DNA of 64,000 nt from Candidatus Ozemobacteraceae bacterium (lineage in GTDB: Bacteria > Muiribacteriota > Ozemobacteria > Ozemobacterales > Ozemobacteraceae): NCBI GenBank assembly GCA_965140445.1, contig OZ223236.1, positions 1,216,001-1,280,000 of the forward strand. The letters are read 5' to 3'. The translations under genes were made by a program, and so were the position numbers. The notes beneath the pieces are model-generated. The model saw nothing but the letters and a program-made list of their open reading frames with translations. It ran no database searches and had not been told where the DNA came from. Positions 40,171 through 49,749 of the stretch are shown piece by piece (positions within the stretch are counted from its first letter, which is position 1; each line of letters starts with the position of its first letter).

Positions 40171-40370
40171 TAATTTCTCCTAATTGCATCTTTCCACTAA
40201 TACGCTCATCAGGACAAAAAGTAACCAGGTCTTATAGAGCATCAATCGGGGTGGATCGGCCCGTGGATCGCGTGGATCAGGTCGGACTACTAAAAGCATC
40301 TTAAACTCAATATAAATGATGAAATAAGAGGGCAAAAATCAAGAAGAAATTGCCTTTCTAAGAGAAAAAA
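40165..40370. repeat. ~200-bp repeat (gene leader + GTGGATC stutter + end motif + transposase remnant), copy 1
   Basis: Near-identical to 45027-45228. Confidence 0.9.
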
Positions 40371-40425
40371 GCATTTTTTTGGAAGGACAATTAAGAAATT
40401 ACAACGGTTTTCACAGGTCCGCCCC
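40279..40425 (+). mobile_element. Non-autonomous mini-element related to the RAYT element
   Basis: Bounded by AGGTCGGACT (40279) and GGTCCGCCCC (40416); 40331-40430 matches the transposase remnant end at 55006-55110. Confidence 0.6.
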
Positions 40426-40451
40426 CCGAATTCCCCGAATTGCCCCCCGAA

Positions 40452-40810
40452 TTTAATAGCACCGATTTCTTCTGGCGAAGGAAACTTGTAAATCGGTTTC
40501 GGATTGCCCTTTTTTATGTTCCAAAATAGTGAACAATGCCATTTGAAAGAATTATTTATTGCGCACCAACAGTATTTGCATATTTTCTCGCTTGTTCTTT
40601 GGCCACAAGAGGGTGAGGACTTGCTTTTTTGGCCTCAAGCACACATAATGGCTTATTATTGCTATCAACTAATAGAAAATCTAATGAACCGCCCTTGGTC
40701 TTTTCATAGTCATTGCCCCATGCGTCAATTTCAGTCTGGGTAATCTTTACATGGTTTTCAAGAAGGATGTTTGCTTTCCCCTCAATGTTATCAAAAAACC
40801 GCCAACCAGC
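40452..40810 (-). pseudogene. hsdR: Type I restriction enzyme HsdR N-terminal fragment
   Basis: Manual translation AGWRFFDNIEGKANILLE...DFLLVDSNNKPLCVLEAKK...AKEQARKYA..Q*IILSNG.VHYF/WNIKKGNP..KFPSPEE, with an internal stop and a frameshift. Confidence 0.8.
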
Positions 40811-40926
40811 TCAGAATCATTATATGCAAAGGGAGCCACTTTGTTAATTGTCTGTTGGACTGCCGCGCCCATATGCATCATTATCATCTTATCAGGCAAA
40901 GACCTCTAGGCAGATTTATTTGAAAT

Positions 40927-40955
40927 TTGACTTAAAGTTGTGGCGGGTATATATT
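40927..40955 (+). promoter_or_regulatory. Sigma-70 promoter for a putative small RNA
   Basis: TTGACT-N17-TATATT. Confidence 0.7.
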
Positions 40956-40959
40956 ATTA

Positions 40960-41032
40960 GTGAACTACTGAAAGCGCGCATGCGTTGTAGGTGGTGATAA
41001 AAAACACGGCTCGGCCTGAGTCGTGTTTTTTT
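40960..41032 (+). ncRNA. Putative DUF3800-associated small RNA
   Basis: About 70 nt between the promoter and terminator hairpin AAAAAACACGGCTC-GGCCT-GAGTCGTGTTTTTT; no ORF; internal CTAC...GTAG stem; convergent with the DUF3800 gene. Confidence 0.6.
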
Positions 41033-41822
41033 ACTTTGGGTGCCAAACAATGCCATATGGATCGCTTGGCGCTGCCTGTAGATTGAAACATGGTTTCAAT
41101 CGTTCCATCCAGTCTTCAACCTTCTCTGCATCAACCTTTGGTGGCAATCTATTCGGGAGTTTTCCCGAGGCTGTTTTAAGAATAGAGTAAAGATAAACCA
41201 CGTAAGAAACCAGGTCGGAAAGTTGAATATAATATGATTCTTTTGAATCCTTTGGCAAAGGATCTTCTATCAAAGCAGAGATTTCTTTCCGGTATGAAGC
41301 TGGTCCGTATTTCGAAGGAATGAAATTAATTCGCTGAATCCTTCTGGATGTGAGCCTCATTTTACCTACACGACCAGGATCGGTGATAATTAGAAATTTG
41401 TTATCTGGATTTCTCAAAGGGTCTAAGTCATTTTCAATGCGCTGGATTGAGTATTTAAAAGCAGTATCTAACACCGGGTAATCTTGTTTTCTGATTCTAG
41501 GTTTCACGATGACAGTGTTAACTATTCGGAGATTAAGCTGAGCAATGAAATCGCAAAATTTATCCATTACCTCTAACCTTTTCTCATCAGACAAATTGAG
41601 CTTGGCATAAGGATTCTTATTCATTACGAATTGCTTTGTATGCATTTCAGTTTTTACCGGAAAACCAAAATCGTCTTTCAATAATCGGCGCAATTGATGA
41701 AGAGCGTCATAACCATTTTTCCAATGCAAGTAATGAAAATAGCAGGATGTTAGAACAAAAATAGGTGAAGAAAATTTTGGATAACCATCATCACCAGCTT
41801 CGTCATAATATGCAAGATACAT
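41031..41822 (-). CDS. DUF3800 family protein (RNase H-like fold)
   Basis: N-terminal YYDEAG; C-terminal DSKESYYIQLSDLVSY (QxxD). Confidence 0.88.
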   Translation of the reverse strand: MYLAYYDEAGDDGYPKFSSPIFVLTSCYFHYLHWKNGYDALHQLRRLLKDDFGFPVKTEMHTKQFVMNKNPYAKLNLSDEKRLEVMDKFCDFIAQLNLRIVNTVIVKPRIRKQDYPVLDTAFKYSIQRIENDLDPLRNPDNKFLIITDPGRVGKMRLTSRRIQRINFIPSKYGPASYRKEISALIEDPLPKDSKESYYIQLSDLVSYVVYLYSILKTASGKLPNRLPPKVDAEKVEDWMERLKPCFNLQAAPSDPYGIVWHPK

Positions 41823-41927
41823 TCTTTTCTCCCAAAAGCATTTTTTGAAACAATATTATCAGCTTGTAATTACCTGAATCAACCCTGAGAGCTTTTTGAA
41901 AACATGGCGTATAAAGCAAATAAACTT

Positions 41928-42956
41928 CAATTTGCAATTTGGGGCCAATTTGGGTCGGACCAGAGCAATCACTTGTAAGCACTGGAAAATTTGCAAAAAA
42001 ACGGGTAGTTTTTAGTCTTAGAGATATGTTTTTGATTTGAAAATGAGACTTTTAAGAGGATAAAAAAATGCCACGAGCAAATAGATTCTTTTTGCCAAAC
42101 AAAGTTTGGCATATTACTCATCGGTGCCATAAAAGGGAGTTTTTGCTACAGTTTTCTAGAGATCGTAGAAGCTATATAAAATGGCTTTTTGAGGCAAAGA
42201 AGCGTTTTAAGCTGCGAATATTAAACTTCTGTGTTACCTCCAACCATATTCACCTATTGTTATGGGATTCGGGGAAATCAAATATACCTGCTGCAATTCA
42301 GTTAATTGCAAGCAGAGTTGCTCAAGAATATAATCAAAGAAAAAATAGAAACGGGGCGTTCTGGGAAGACAGATATCATGCAACTGCAATTGATTCTGGT
42401 GTATATTTGTTTCGATGTATGCTTTATATTGATTTGAATATGGTTAGAGCTGGAAAGGTTAAACATCCAAAAGAATGGGGGACTTCCGCTTTTCAAGAAC
42501 TTCTGCATCAAAAATCTCGCTATCAGATGATTGACCATGATAAAATTCTTGAATTACTCAACTTTAGAAGCTTCTGTGAATTCAAAATTACCTATGAAGA
42601 CTGTCTAGATAAACAGCTTAGGCTGGGCAAACTCACTAGTGATGCAACCTGGTCTAAAAGTATTGCAGTCGGAAGCAGAGCTTTCGTTGAATCCTTTAAA
42701 GATCAATTAGGAACTCCTGCCATAAAACGGAAAATAGCCAAATCGGACAATGCATTTTTTCTATCTGAAGAAAGCAAACCTTACAATGGCATTTTTAACC
42801 CCAATATCGAGTTTCTAAGAGGAAATAACAGCCACATTTGGCAGTGATTACTTTTGTTGAAGCTAATTTCCGTGGGTCCGACCCGAAAGTGAAGTGCCGA
42901 AAGTGGGAAAGTGACGAAAGTTCGGACCCGAAAGTTCGACGAAAGTTACCGAAAGT
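41928..42956 (+). mobile_element. RAYT/IS200-like HUH transposase element with inverted end motifs and flanking micro-repeats
   Basis: GGGTCGGACC (41952-41961) and its reverse complement GGTCCGACCC (42875-42884) bracket the transposase; CAATTTG x3 on the left, GAAAGT x7 on the right. Confidence 0.8.
42068..42847 (+). CDS. REP-associated tyrosine (Y1 HUH) transposase
   Basis: MPRANR..WHITHRCH, HUH motif NHIHL, FWEDRY, catalytic Tyr in YIDLNMVRAG. Confidence 0.92.
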   Translation: MPRANRFFLPNKVWHITHRCHKREFLLQFSRDRRSYIKWLFEAKKRFKLRILNFCVTSNHIHLLLWDSGKSNIPAAIQLIASRVAQEYNQRKNRNGAFWEDRYHATAIDSGVYLFRCMLYIDLNMVRAGKVKHPKEWGTSAFQELLHQKSRYQMIDHDKILELLNFRSFCEFKITYEDCLDKQLRLGKLTSDATWSKSIAVGSRAFVESFKDQLGTPAIKRKIAKSDNAFFLSEESKPYNGIFNPNIEFLRGNNSHIWQ

Positions 42957-43031
42957 GGATTTTGCAGTATTTTACAAATTCAGGTTGAAATATAATTATT
43001 TCGATTGAGTAAGGGTTAAAGGAGCATAGAT

Positions 43032-43406
43032 ATGGGAAGTAATGCAGGAGTTTATTTCGAAATCCCTGTTCAGGATATGAAAAGGGCAGTTTCCTTCTAC
43101 GAAAATGTATTTGATATCGAACTGGAATTGATGATTATCGATGGTAACGATATGGCATTATTTCCTTTCGACAAAAACTCTTCTGGTATAACAGGTGCGC
43201 TGGCGAAGGGTGACAGTTACATTCCGGGAAAGCAAGGCGCACGGATTTATTTCTTTACTAACGACATTGATTCAACCATGGTGAAAGTCATTTCAGCTGG
43301 TGGCCTGGAGCTTTATCCAAAAACTTCTGTTGCTAATTGGGGGTGGGTCGCAGAATTTCAGGATTCTGAAGGAAATTGCATTGCGCTTCACCAGAAAAGT
43401 GCTTAG
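43032..43406 (+). CDS. VOC/glyoxalase family protein
   Basis: YFEIPVQDMKRAVSFY...FQDSEGNCIALH. Confidence 0.9.
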   Translation: MGSNAGVYFEIPVQDMKRAVSFYENVFDIELELMIIDGNDMALFPFDKNSSGITGALAKGDSYIPGKQGARIYFFTNDIDSTMVKVISAGGLELYPKTSVANWGWVAEFQDSEGNCIALHQKSA

Positions 43407-43439
43407 CTAATTTTTGCATCGTCTTTCGCACGCCATTGT

Positions 43440-43555
43440 AACTTTTGAAATAATCTTCTTCTAGGAAATTGCCGTTTTCCATACTCTTTTTATCAAGCAC
43501 ATAATTCTTAATGGCAAATTTCTGCAAAGCCCGAGTGGCCCATTGTCGAAATTAA
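43440..43555 (-). pseudogene. RhuM-family (virulence RhuM) gene fragment
   Basis: Manual translation FRQWATRALQKFAIKNYVLDKKSMENGNFLEEDYF, a RhuM-type signature; no intact ORF. Confidence 0.65.
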
Positions 43556-43790
43556 CTTTTGTGACAGCCATATGGACTCTTTCTCGTATCTCGCTTCAAT
43601 GCTTTGTTCGCGTCTGGCCGGTAAAATTAGAGATTCTGCTGGCTGTTGCGAATCTACGGACTGTTTTTCATATCAGAGTCGCCGTAAAAACTTCTCAGGA
43701 TTTGTTTTTTATTCCAACCGACAATACTATGCTTAATCCCCGGATGAGGAAAATTCAATTCCTTGCATATTGGCAGTGAAATTCTCTTAA

Positions 43791-45032
43791 TTAATATAGC
43801 CACAGCTCAACATCTGGTTTCTTGGAGATAAAAATAGATACGGCGTTTCTTTTTTGGGGAGACAATTTTAATGGAAGATTTTTGAAAAAGAAGTTTGGAA
43901 CTCCCAATTTATTCTGAACTTCTTTTGGGACTGGTTTCTCGCCGAATTTCTTATTTATCCATAATAGCTTAGGTAGATTGGAAACCAGCTCAAAACTTGC
44001 TTCTAGCAATAAATATTCTCCTAACAAACTAAAGGAATCATTTATTTGTAACTCAGTTAAAACTTGATTGTTGAAAGGATGAAGTTTTTTCTCACGAGTT
44101 TTTTTTGTCCAAAGTTCCACTTCAGTATTAAGCTTTGCATAATCTTGCTCTGTAAATTTTTCTGGTAGTTCAAGGAAGGAATTGTAGAATTTTTCAATTT
44201 CTTCAGATGGTTTTCCTATAAGCTTCTCTGAAAGGAAATATCCAAGGTTTCCCATCTTCTTTTTCTGATGGAGCTCAACCTTTGACAAATAAACCATTTC
44301 GCCCTTGACAACATCTTTCCAGGAAATTGAGACCGCATTAATTTGTTTCAACGTTTCAATTATTTTTTTCATTTCTGCGAAGGGAATTTTTTTTTGATAA
44401 AAAGCATTGGAAATAGATCGAAGGACGCTGGAACAGCTGAATGCAAAGGTTTTATAATCTTGAACCCTGGTATGATTTTGAGAGCCTCTCATAAGAATTT
44501 GGCACAAAACAATTGTGGCAAGAGAAATCCTGGAACCGAACTTAAAATTACCCAACTCAATAGCTTTAGCGCCAAGTATTGTGAAAAACTGAATCTGATC
44601 ATGCACAGAATAATATTCATAGGTTTTATTAAGAAGACAATCTTTTGATGCCAAAGCTGCTAGATTAGATTTATTTGGCTCTAATGCTGTACAAAAGGAT
44701 TCTAAAAATTCAGATTCACTTTTTAAAATTGCAGCAAGCTTGGTATTTAGACCATTTAGTTTTGGGCTAGATTCGCCAGGTTCCCATACCAATCGGAACC
44801 AGGCAAAATACTGCATTGCATCTTGAAATTCCGCAATTTTCGGATAAACAGCCTCTAATAGAGGGTTAATTTTTTGGTCAAAAGACGTGTCTTCTTTATA
44901 ATTGAAAAGTGCGCTGGAATAAAGAGTTGGAATCCAAAGCTTGGTGCAGTAACTTTTTAAAAATAAAACTCCTGCAAATCCGGCACCAATCAAAAAGAAA
45001 CAGACTGTTACTATCAAAATACTTTTTTTCAT
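43791..45032 (-). CDS. Hypothetical membrane-anchored protein
   Basis: 413 aa with an N-terminal TM/signal; helical. Confidence 0.7.
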   Translation of the reverse strand: MKKSILIVTVCFFLIGAGFAGVLFLKSYCTKLWIPTLYSSALFNYKEDTSFDQKINPLLEAVYPKIAEFQDAMQYFAWFRLVWEPGESSPKLNGLNTKLAAILKSESEFLESFCTALEPNKSNLAALASKDCLLNKTYEYYSVHDQIQFFTILGAKAIELGNFKFGSRISLATIVLCQILMRGSQNHTRVQDYKTFAFSCSSVLRSISNAFYQKKIPFAEMKKIIETLKQINAVSISWKDVVKGEMVYLSKVELHQKKKMGNLGYFLSEKLIGKPSEEIEKFYNSFLELPEKFTEQDYAKLNTEVELWTKKTREKKLHPFNNQVLTELQINDSFSLLGEYLLLEASFELVSNLPKLLWINKKFGEKPVPKEVQNKLGVPNFFFKNLPLKLSPQKRNAVSIFISKKPDVELWLY

Positions 45033-45228
45033 TAATTTGTCCTAATAGCATTTTTCCAATGATACGCACATCAGGAAAAAAAGTAACCAGGTCTTATAGA
45101 GCAGCAATCGGGGTGGATCGGCCCGTGGATCGCGTGGATCCGGACTACTAAAAGCATCTTAAACTCAATATAAATGATGAAATAAGAGGGCGAAAATCAA
45201 GAAGAAATTGCCTTTCTAAGAGAAAAAA
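45027..45228. repeat. ~200-bp repeat, copy 2
   Basis: Near-identical to 40165-40370; end motif lacks AGGT. Confidence 0.9.
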
Positions 45229-45266
45229 TAGAAAACAAAATTTATACAATTCGCGGGCATAGGGTT

Positions 45267-45734
45267 ATGATCGACTCTGATCTCGCAGTCTTGTATGAAG
45301 TTGAAACAAAACGGCTAAATGAACAGGTTAAGCGAAATTCAGAGCGTTTCCCAGCTAGTTTTATGTTTCAATTAACCTTGGAAGAAGAAGAGGTTTTGAG
45401 GTCGCAGATTGCGACCTCAAAATTTTCTACAGAAAATCGCGGTGGTAGAAGGTATGCTATAAATGCTTTTACCGAGCATGGCATTCTGATGCTCGCCAAT
45501 GTTCTAAGAAGCAAGCGGGCAATAGCGGTAAGCATTCAGATCATAGAGGAGTTTCTCAGGCTAAGGCAATTAGCATCAATCAATGTTGAAATTGCCAGCA
45601 AAATTAAAGAACTTGAAAAGTCTGTCAGAGAAAATCGCAGCGATATCAAGCTGATTTTTAATGCCATTAACACTATGCTAAAGCCAGGAACCAGGAAAAA
45701 ACCCAAAATTGGCTTCAATCCTGACGGTCACTGA
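45267..45734 (+). CDS. ORF6N domain DNA-binding protein (native 5' end probably truncated)
   Basis: (IENKIYTIRGHRV)MIDSDLAVLYEVETKRLNEQVKRN..RFP..FMFQL, AFTEHG, C-terminal KIGF. Confidence 0.88.
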   Translation: MIDSDLAVLYEVETKRLNEQVKRNSERFPASFMFQLTLEEEEVLRSQIATSKFSTENRGGRRYAINAFTEHGILMLANVLRSKRAIAVSIQIIEEFLRLRQLASINVEIASKIKELEKSVRENRSDIKLIFNAINTMLKPGTRKKPKIGFNPDGH

Positions 45735-45823
45735 TCTTTTTCAAAGAGGTCGAAGAGCCGTCTCAAAAAGCCTAAAACGAAAAATTCCTCGTCTTGGACG
45801 AGAAATTGATCGGTGCCGGGGAC
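45678..45823 (+). repeat. ORF6N 3' end plus hairpin/CGGTGCCGGGGAC end
   Basis: Near-identical to 38822-38967; hairpin CTCGTC-TTG-GACGAG. Confidence 0.9.
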
Positions 45824-45853
45824 CCATGCCAAGCTATTTTCTCGTTCAAAAAA

Positions 45854-47641
45854 CTATTCTAAAGTCAACCCCATCTCCGTGAGAAAAATTGAAGGGCCAT
45901 AGGTGAATCTTCTTCCATACTGATTTTCATAGTAACCAGACCAAAGTAAATGTATGTCAGATTTTGCCCTGCTTATTGCAACGTGAAACAACCTTCGACG
46001 TTCATGAATATCTTGGAGGGTTGAATTATATGTCCTTGGAAAAAAGCCTTGATCAAGAAAAGGAATAATAACTGTTCTATATTCCAATCCCTTTGATGAA
46101 TGAATTGTGCTTAAATTCAAATATTCCTTATCCCCACCCATTTTTCCAAACTCTTCTAGGGTAAATGATGAAAGCGCACCTTTCTTACTTACACTTTCCA
46201 GAAAAATCTCAAATTCCTTTAAATCATCCTCTATTTCAAAATTACTTTCCAGATCATTAAATGCTTCACTCTGGCGAAAAAGCGATAGCCACTCACCTAA
46301 GAAAAATTTCTGCTTTCTTCCCTGAAACAAAAAGTTGCAAATTTTCTGATTCAATACATTTTCACTATCTTCACGCCAATTATTACACAGCTTTTGCCAA
46401 TCATTAAAAATTTGATTTAAACCTAAACCACAAGAATTTTCATCACCCGTAGACCACTTTGCGCACATTTCCAGAAAGTCAGTTATTCTCGTTCTTGTAT
46501 ACCAACCTTCCTTATCAAATCTACAAAATTTATGACCAACTTTTTGCGCAACTTCAGCCAGTCTATTCCCTTGGTATTTGTCTTGATACAAAACGCCTAT
46601 TTCACCTAGGAATGTCCCCTTAGCCAAAAGGTTTGGTATTATTGATGTAAATATTCGTTCAGTCTGTTCAGAGTGACCTTTCGGACATTGATGCACATTA
46701 CACCTTTCAGCAAAAGCTCGAAGGTCAAGCTTATTATCTTGATCTTCGCGCACAATCTCCAATCCATTTGAGGGTTTCACAGACTTAGAGTTCCATCTAT
46801 ACGATTTTCTTAAGCGAATCGCTGTGACATTTTCTCTATTGGCCAATTCTTCCAACAATATCGGATTACTTCCATTGAACGCATAGATTGATTGATGTGG
46901 GTCCCCTGCTGCAAAAAGCGTGATATTCTCTTCAAAACATAACTCTTTAACTAAGCCATGAAGAGCCACACCAAGATCTTGATATTCATCAACAAAAAGA
47001 GCAGGAAACTTTGCTTTTAGTATTTTTCTTACCCAATTATGTTTTTTTACAAGCTGAAGAGAGATTAGAACAATCGAATCGTAATCAATTAAACCTTGAG
47101 CCTCGATTCTTTTCTCATACTCTTCAATTATTGGGCGTTCAAGAACATTGTTATGCCAATCTTTCGTTTCTCTTAAAATATTGATTCTTCTAAAAAGTTG
47201 AATTTCTTTCCATTTAATATCCTCTCTAAAAGGGAAAATTGATTCGATACTTTCAAGTCCAATTTTATCAATTACAGATTTAGGGGGTATCCTGAATTCA
47301 TATGGATTTTTGCTTGTGACTAATTCGTAAAATGGTCGGAAAATTTCTTGAAAACAGAATGAATGGACTGTACCAATAAAGCAAGACCTAAGAGCAATTG
47401 GCGAGATGAGAGAAATTCTATTTCTTAGCTCTTTTACGCATTGATTGCTGTATGTCAAACAAGCAATTTTTCTTCCTGGAGAAACAGTTTCTGACATAAC
47501 AGCGAGCTTAGTTATCATGACTTGAGTTTTACCGGTTCCTGGACCTGCTAAAAGAACGCAATTACCTGTATGTTCTAGAGCTTTTCTCTGTTCAAGGTTG
47601 TCTTTTAACTCAGAGATTGCAAGGGACAATCGTTTTTTCAT
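45854..47641 (-). CDS. gajB: UvrD-like helicase, Gabija GajB-like
   Basis: AGPGTGKT, GTVHSF, VDEYQD, GDPHQSIY, STIHSSKGLEY; ATGA overlap with the OLD nuclease gene. Confidence 0.82.
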   Translation of the reverse strand: MKKRLSLAISELKDNLEQRKALEHTGNCVLLAGPGTGKTQVMITKLAVMSETVSPGRKIACLTYSNQCVKELRNRISLISPIALRSCFIGTVHSFCFQEIFRPFYELVTSKNPYEFRIPPKSVIDKIGLESIESIFPFREDIKWKEIQLFRRINILRETKDWHNNVLERPIIEEYEKRIEAQGLIDYDSIVLISLQLVKKHNWVRKILKAKFPALFVDEYQDLGVALHGLVKELCFEENITLFAAGDPHQSIYAFNGSNPILLEELANRENVTAIRLRKSYRWNSKSVKPSNGLEIVREDQDNKLDLRAFAERCNVHQCPKGHSEQTERIFTSIIPNLLAKGTFLGEIGVLYQDKYQGNRLAEVAQKVGHKFCRFDKEGWYTRTRITDFLEMCAKWSTGDENSCGLGLNQIFNDWQKLCNNWREDSENVLNQKICNFLFQGRKQKFFLGEWLSLFRQSEAFNDLESNFEIEDDLKEFEIFLESVSKKGALSSFTLEEFGKMGGDKEYLNLSTIHSSKGLEYRTVIIPFLDQGFFPRTYNSTLQDIHERRRLFHVAISRAKSDIHLLWSGYYENQYGRRFTYGPSIFLTEMGLTLE

Positions 47642-49470
47642 CTGACTTTTTCAACCAGAAAATTGATCGCCTTAACAATGTATTCGGGCCTTGTAATATC
47701 CGTTATAGGCTCATTTTCAATATACCAAGCTAATCTTTGCGCAAACCGACCTTTACCAACATATTCAATATCGCTTAAGAAACGCTTTGGTTCTTTCAAT
47801 TTTGGGACAATCCCACCTTCATATCTTGCCGCAATCTGAGAAAACCTTTTCTTTGCCACCTTAACAGGACACAAATCTTGCATTACTCTGTTCATTAATG
47901 GGATAAATCCGGCATAGTACAATTCAATTTCCAGAGTACTGGAATTCATAAAAATCCCAAAAGCTTCACTATACGTTTTTTTAGCCACTACACCTTCTTT
48001 AAGCCTCTTTGAGAGAATTGAATTTTGAATCAAATTTCTGACTCTTTTATCCCCAAGGTTCTTCCGGCTATTTAAGATCATTTTCTGTGGATCCAAGTCT
48101 GTTAAAACTGCAAAAGGAAAATCCAAGCTTAATGGGCCAAAGTATTTCACATACGGTTCAAAATTTGTTCCCGAGATTGAACACACGGAAATTCCTAAGG
48201 CATCCAAATTATATCCAGCTTTCTTCGCTAAAGCAGGAATCAAAATTTTCTCTGCATCGCCTTCAACAAACAGAATTGCTTTAGAAAATAACGCTTCTGC
48301 TCTTGTAACATCTAAATATCTTTCAATATCATCAGCCTCAGATTCTGTTAGGGGAATGTTTGCCGAGGATTTGGCGACAGTTTCACCATTGATAGATTTT
48401 TTGAGCAAAACAATAGAATTTAAAGGCGTGGAACTTGCAATACTAGGAGAATGAGAGGTCAAAATGAAGTTTTTTCGACTTGCTTCGGAACTTACGGTTT
48501 GAGCTTCGTTCTTCTTCCTAAGCAAACTACCAAAAACCGTTCTTTGGAGATGTGGATGAAGATGCGCTTCAGGTTCTTCAATGGCAAAAAAGGTATGAAG
48601 TCGTGGCTTCTCTGGGCTTGAGGGTAGCTCAAGCTCCAAGGACTTTAGAACCAAATATAGAACATTTGAACTTCCAAGACTTGCTTCATCTATACCTCTA
48701 CGGCCATCGTCGAAGTGTATATTAAGGTTTCTTAGGAGCTTTTCAGGGGTAGTTGGCAAGAAACCTAGGTTAGTTGTGTAAGCCTGTAATTTCCCAGCTG
48801 TATCCAAAAACCGTTTGTTTATTCTATCAGTAAGAGCTTTTAGCTGAGGTAAATCCGCAACCTGATTTGTGGCATCAAATACCTCTTCGGCGACTCTTGC
48901 AAGCTCCTTAGGATTGACACCTTCGCTAGCTTCTTCTATCAAAGGTTTCAAAGGTGACTTCGCCCATCTATCCAAATCAGCTTCTGTATCTCTTAGCGCT
49001 GGCAATAGCTCCATTGGGACCATTTTTCTTAACGAATATTTAATCTGGTTTTCACGATTTGCCCCACCCCATATTTCGAAGTCATAATTCTGTAGGGCCG
49101 GTTTTTGCGAGTTCCATCTATCCCCTGGGTAAAATTCATAATTAATCTGAGCGACTATAGGATCAGTTTTTACAAGATATCTACTTAATGCTGCCAATAA
49201 CCCTTCATCGTCTTCAAAATCTTGCAATTCAGCCATTATCGAGATTTTTTTCATATTTTGAATTGGCGATTCAATTCCATCAAAAAAATCAGTTTCTTTC
49301 AAATAACGTTTTGAATCAGGAAGACTTGGATCAAACAAAATACGCAAGGCATGGAGGAAGTTGGATTTTCCAACTTGATTTTCCCCTAGTATCAAAACAG
49401 AATCGCTTAAATCAACATCTAGTTTCAGAAAGTTTCTAAAATTTCTAATTTGCACCCGAGAAATTTTCAT
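47638..49470 (-). CDS. gajA: OLD-family ABC ATPase-TOPRIM nuclease, Gabija GajA-like
   Basis: IRNFRNF, GENQVGKSN, IEEPEAHLHPHLQ, TSHSP, TOPRIM FVEGDAE and DLD. Confidence 0.85.
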   Translation of the reverse strand: MKISRVQIRNFRNFLKLDVDLSDSVLILGENQVGKSNFLHALRILFDPSLPDSKRYLKETDFFDGIESPIQNMKKISIMAELQDFEDDEGLLAALSRYLVKTDPIVAQINYEFYPGDRWNSQKPALQNYDFEIWGGANRENQIKYSLRKMVPMELLPALRDTEADLDRWAKSPLKPLIEEASEGVNPKELARVAEEVFDATNQVADLPQLKALTDRINKRFLDTAGKLQAYTTNLGFLPTTPEKLLRNLNIHFDDGRRGIDEASLGSSNVLYLVLKSLELELPSSPEKPRLHTFFAIEEPEAHLHPHLQRTVFGSLLRKKNEAQTVSSEASRKNFILTSHSPSIASSTPLNSIVLLKKSINGETVAKSSANIPLTESEADDIERYLDVTRAEALFSKAILFVEGDAEKILIPALAKKAGYNLDALGISVCSISGTNFEPYVKYFGPLSLDFPFAVLTDLDPQKMILNSRKNLGDKRVRNLIQNSILSKRLKEGVVAKKTYSEAFGIFMNSSTLEIELYYAGFIPLMNRVMQDLCPVKVAKKRFSQIAARYEGGIVPKLKEPKRFLSDIEYVGKGRFAQRLAWYIENEPITDITRPEYIVKAINFLVEKVR

Positions 49471-49550
49471 CAAAAGGATCCTCATTAACAAGCTTAGCAA
49501 GTTATGTTTCATTATATTCAAACCACAAGTCTGAGGCAATGTTTTATTTG

Positions 49551-49567
49551 GTGGATCGGGTCGGACC
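49551..49567 (-). repeat. RAYT-type end motif
   Basis: GTGGATC-GGGTCGGACC: same 10-mer as 41952 and same GTGGATC flank as 40272 and 45134. Confidence 0.75.
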
Positions 49568-49749
49568 AACCTATCTTTTTTTTGCCAGCCTTAAGATCAT
49601 TTTTTCCAGACATAAAATGTAAAACGCTGGCTATTAATACTTGAGTTTGCTACCAAATCATTTAATTTGATATAGTATTTGGATTGGAGAACGTTCGTTT
49701 TAGGTAAATTTTTCAAAATGCTGATAAGAAAAAGAAGAGGATACGTATT

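Noticed and set aside
42885..42956. GAAAGT repeats as a CRISPR array
   Set aside because: Units are 6 bp with only 2-8 bp between them; there are no 25-45 bp repeats or spacers and no cas genes
38822..45823. Integron attC cassette array
   Set aside because: No tyrosine integrase, and the repeats lack RYYYAAC...GTTRRRY attC ends
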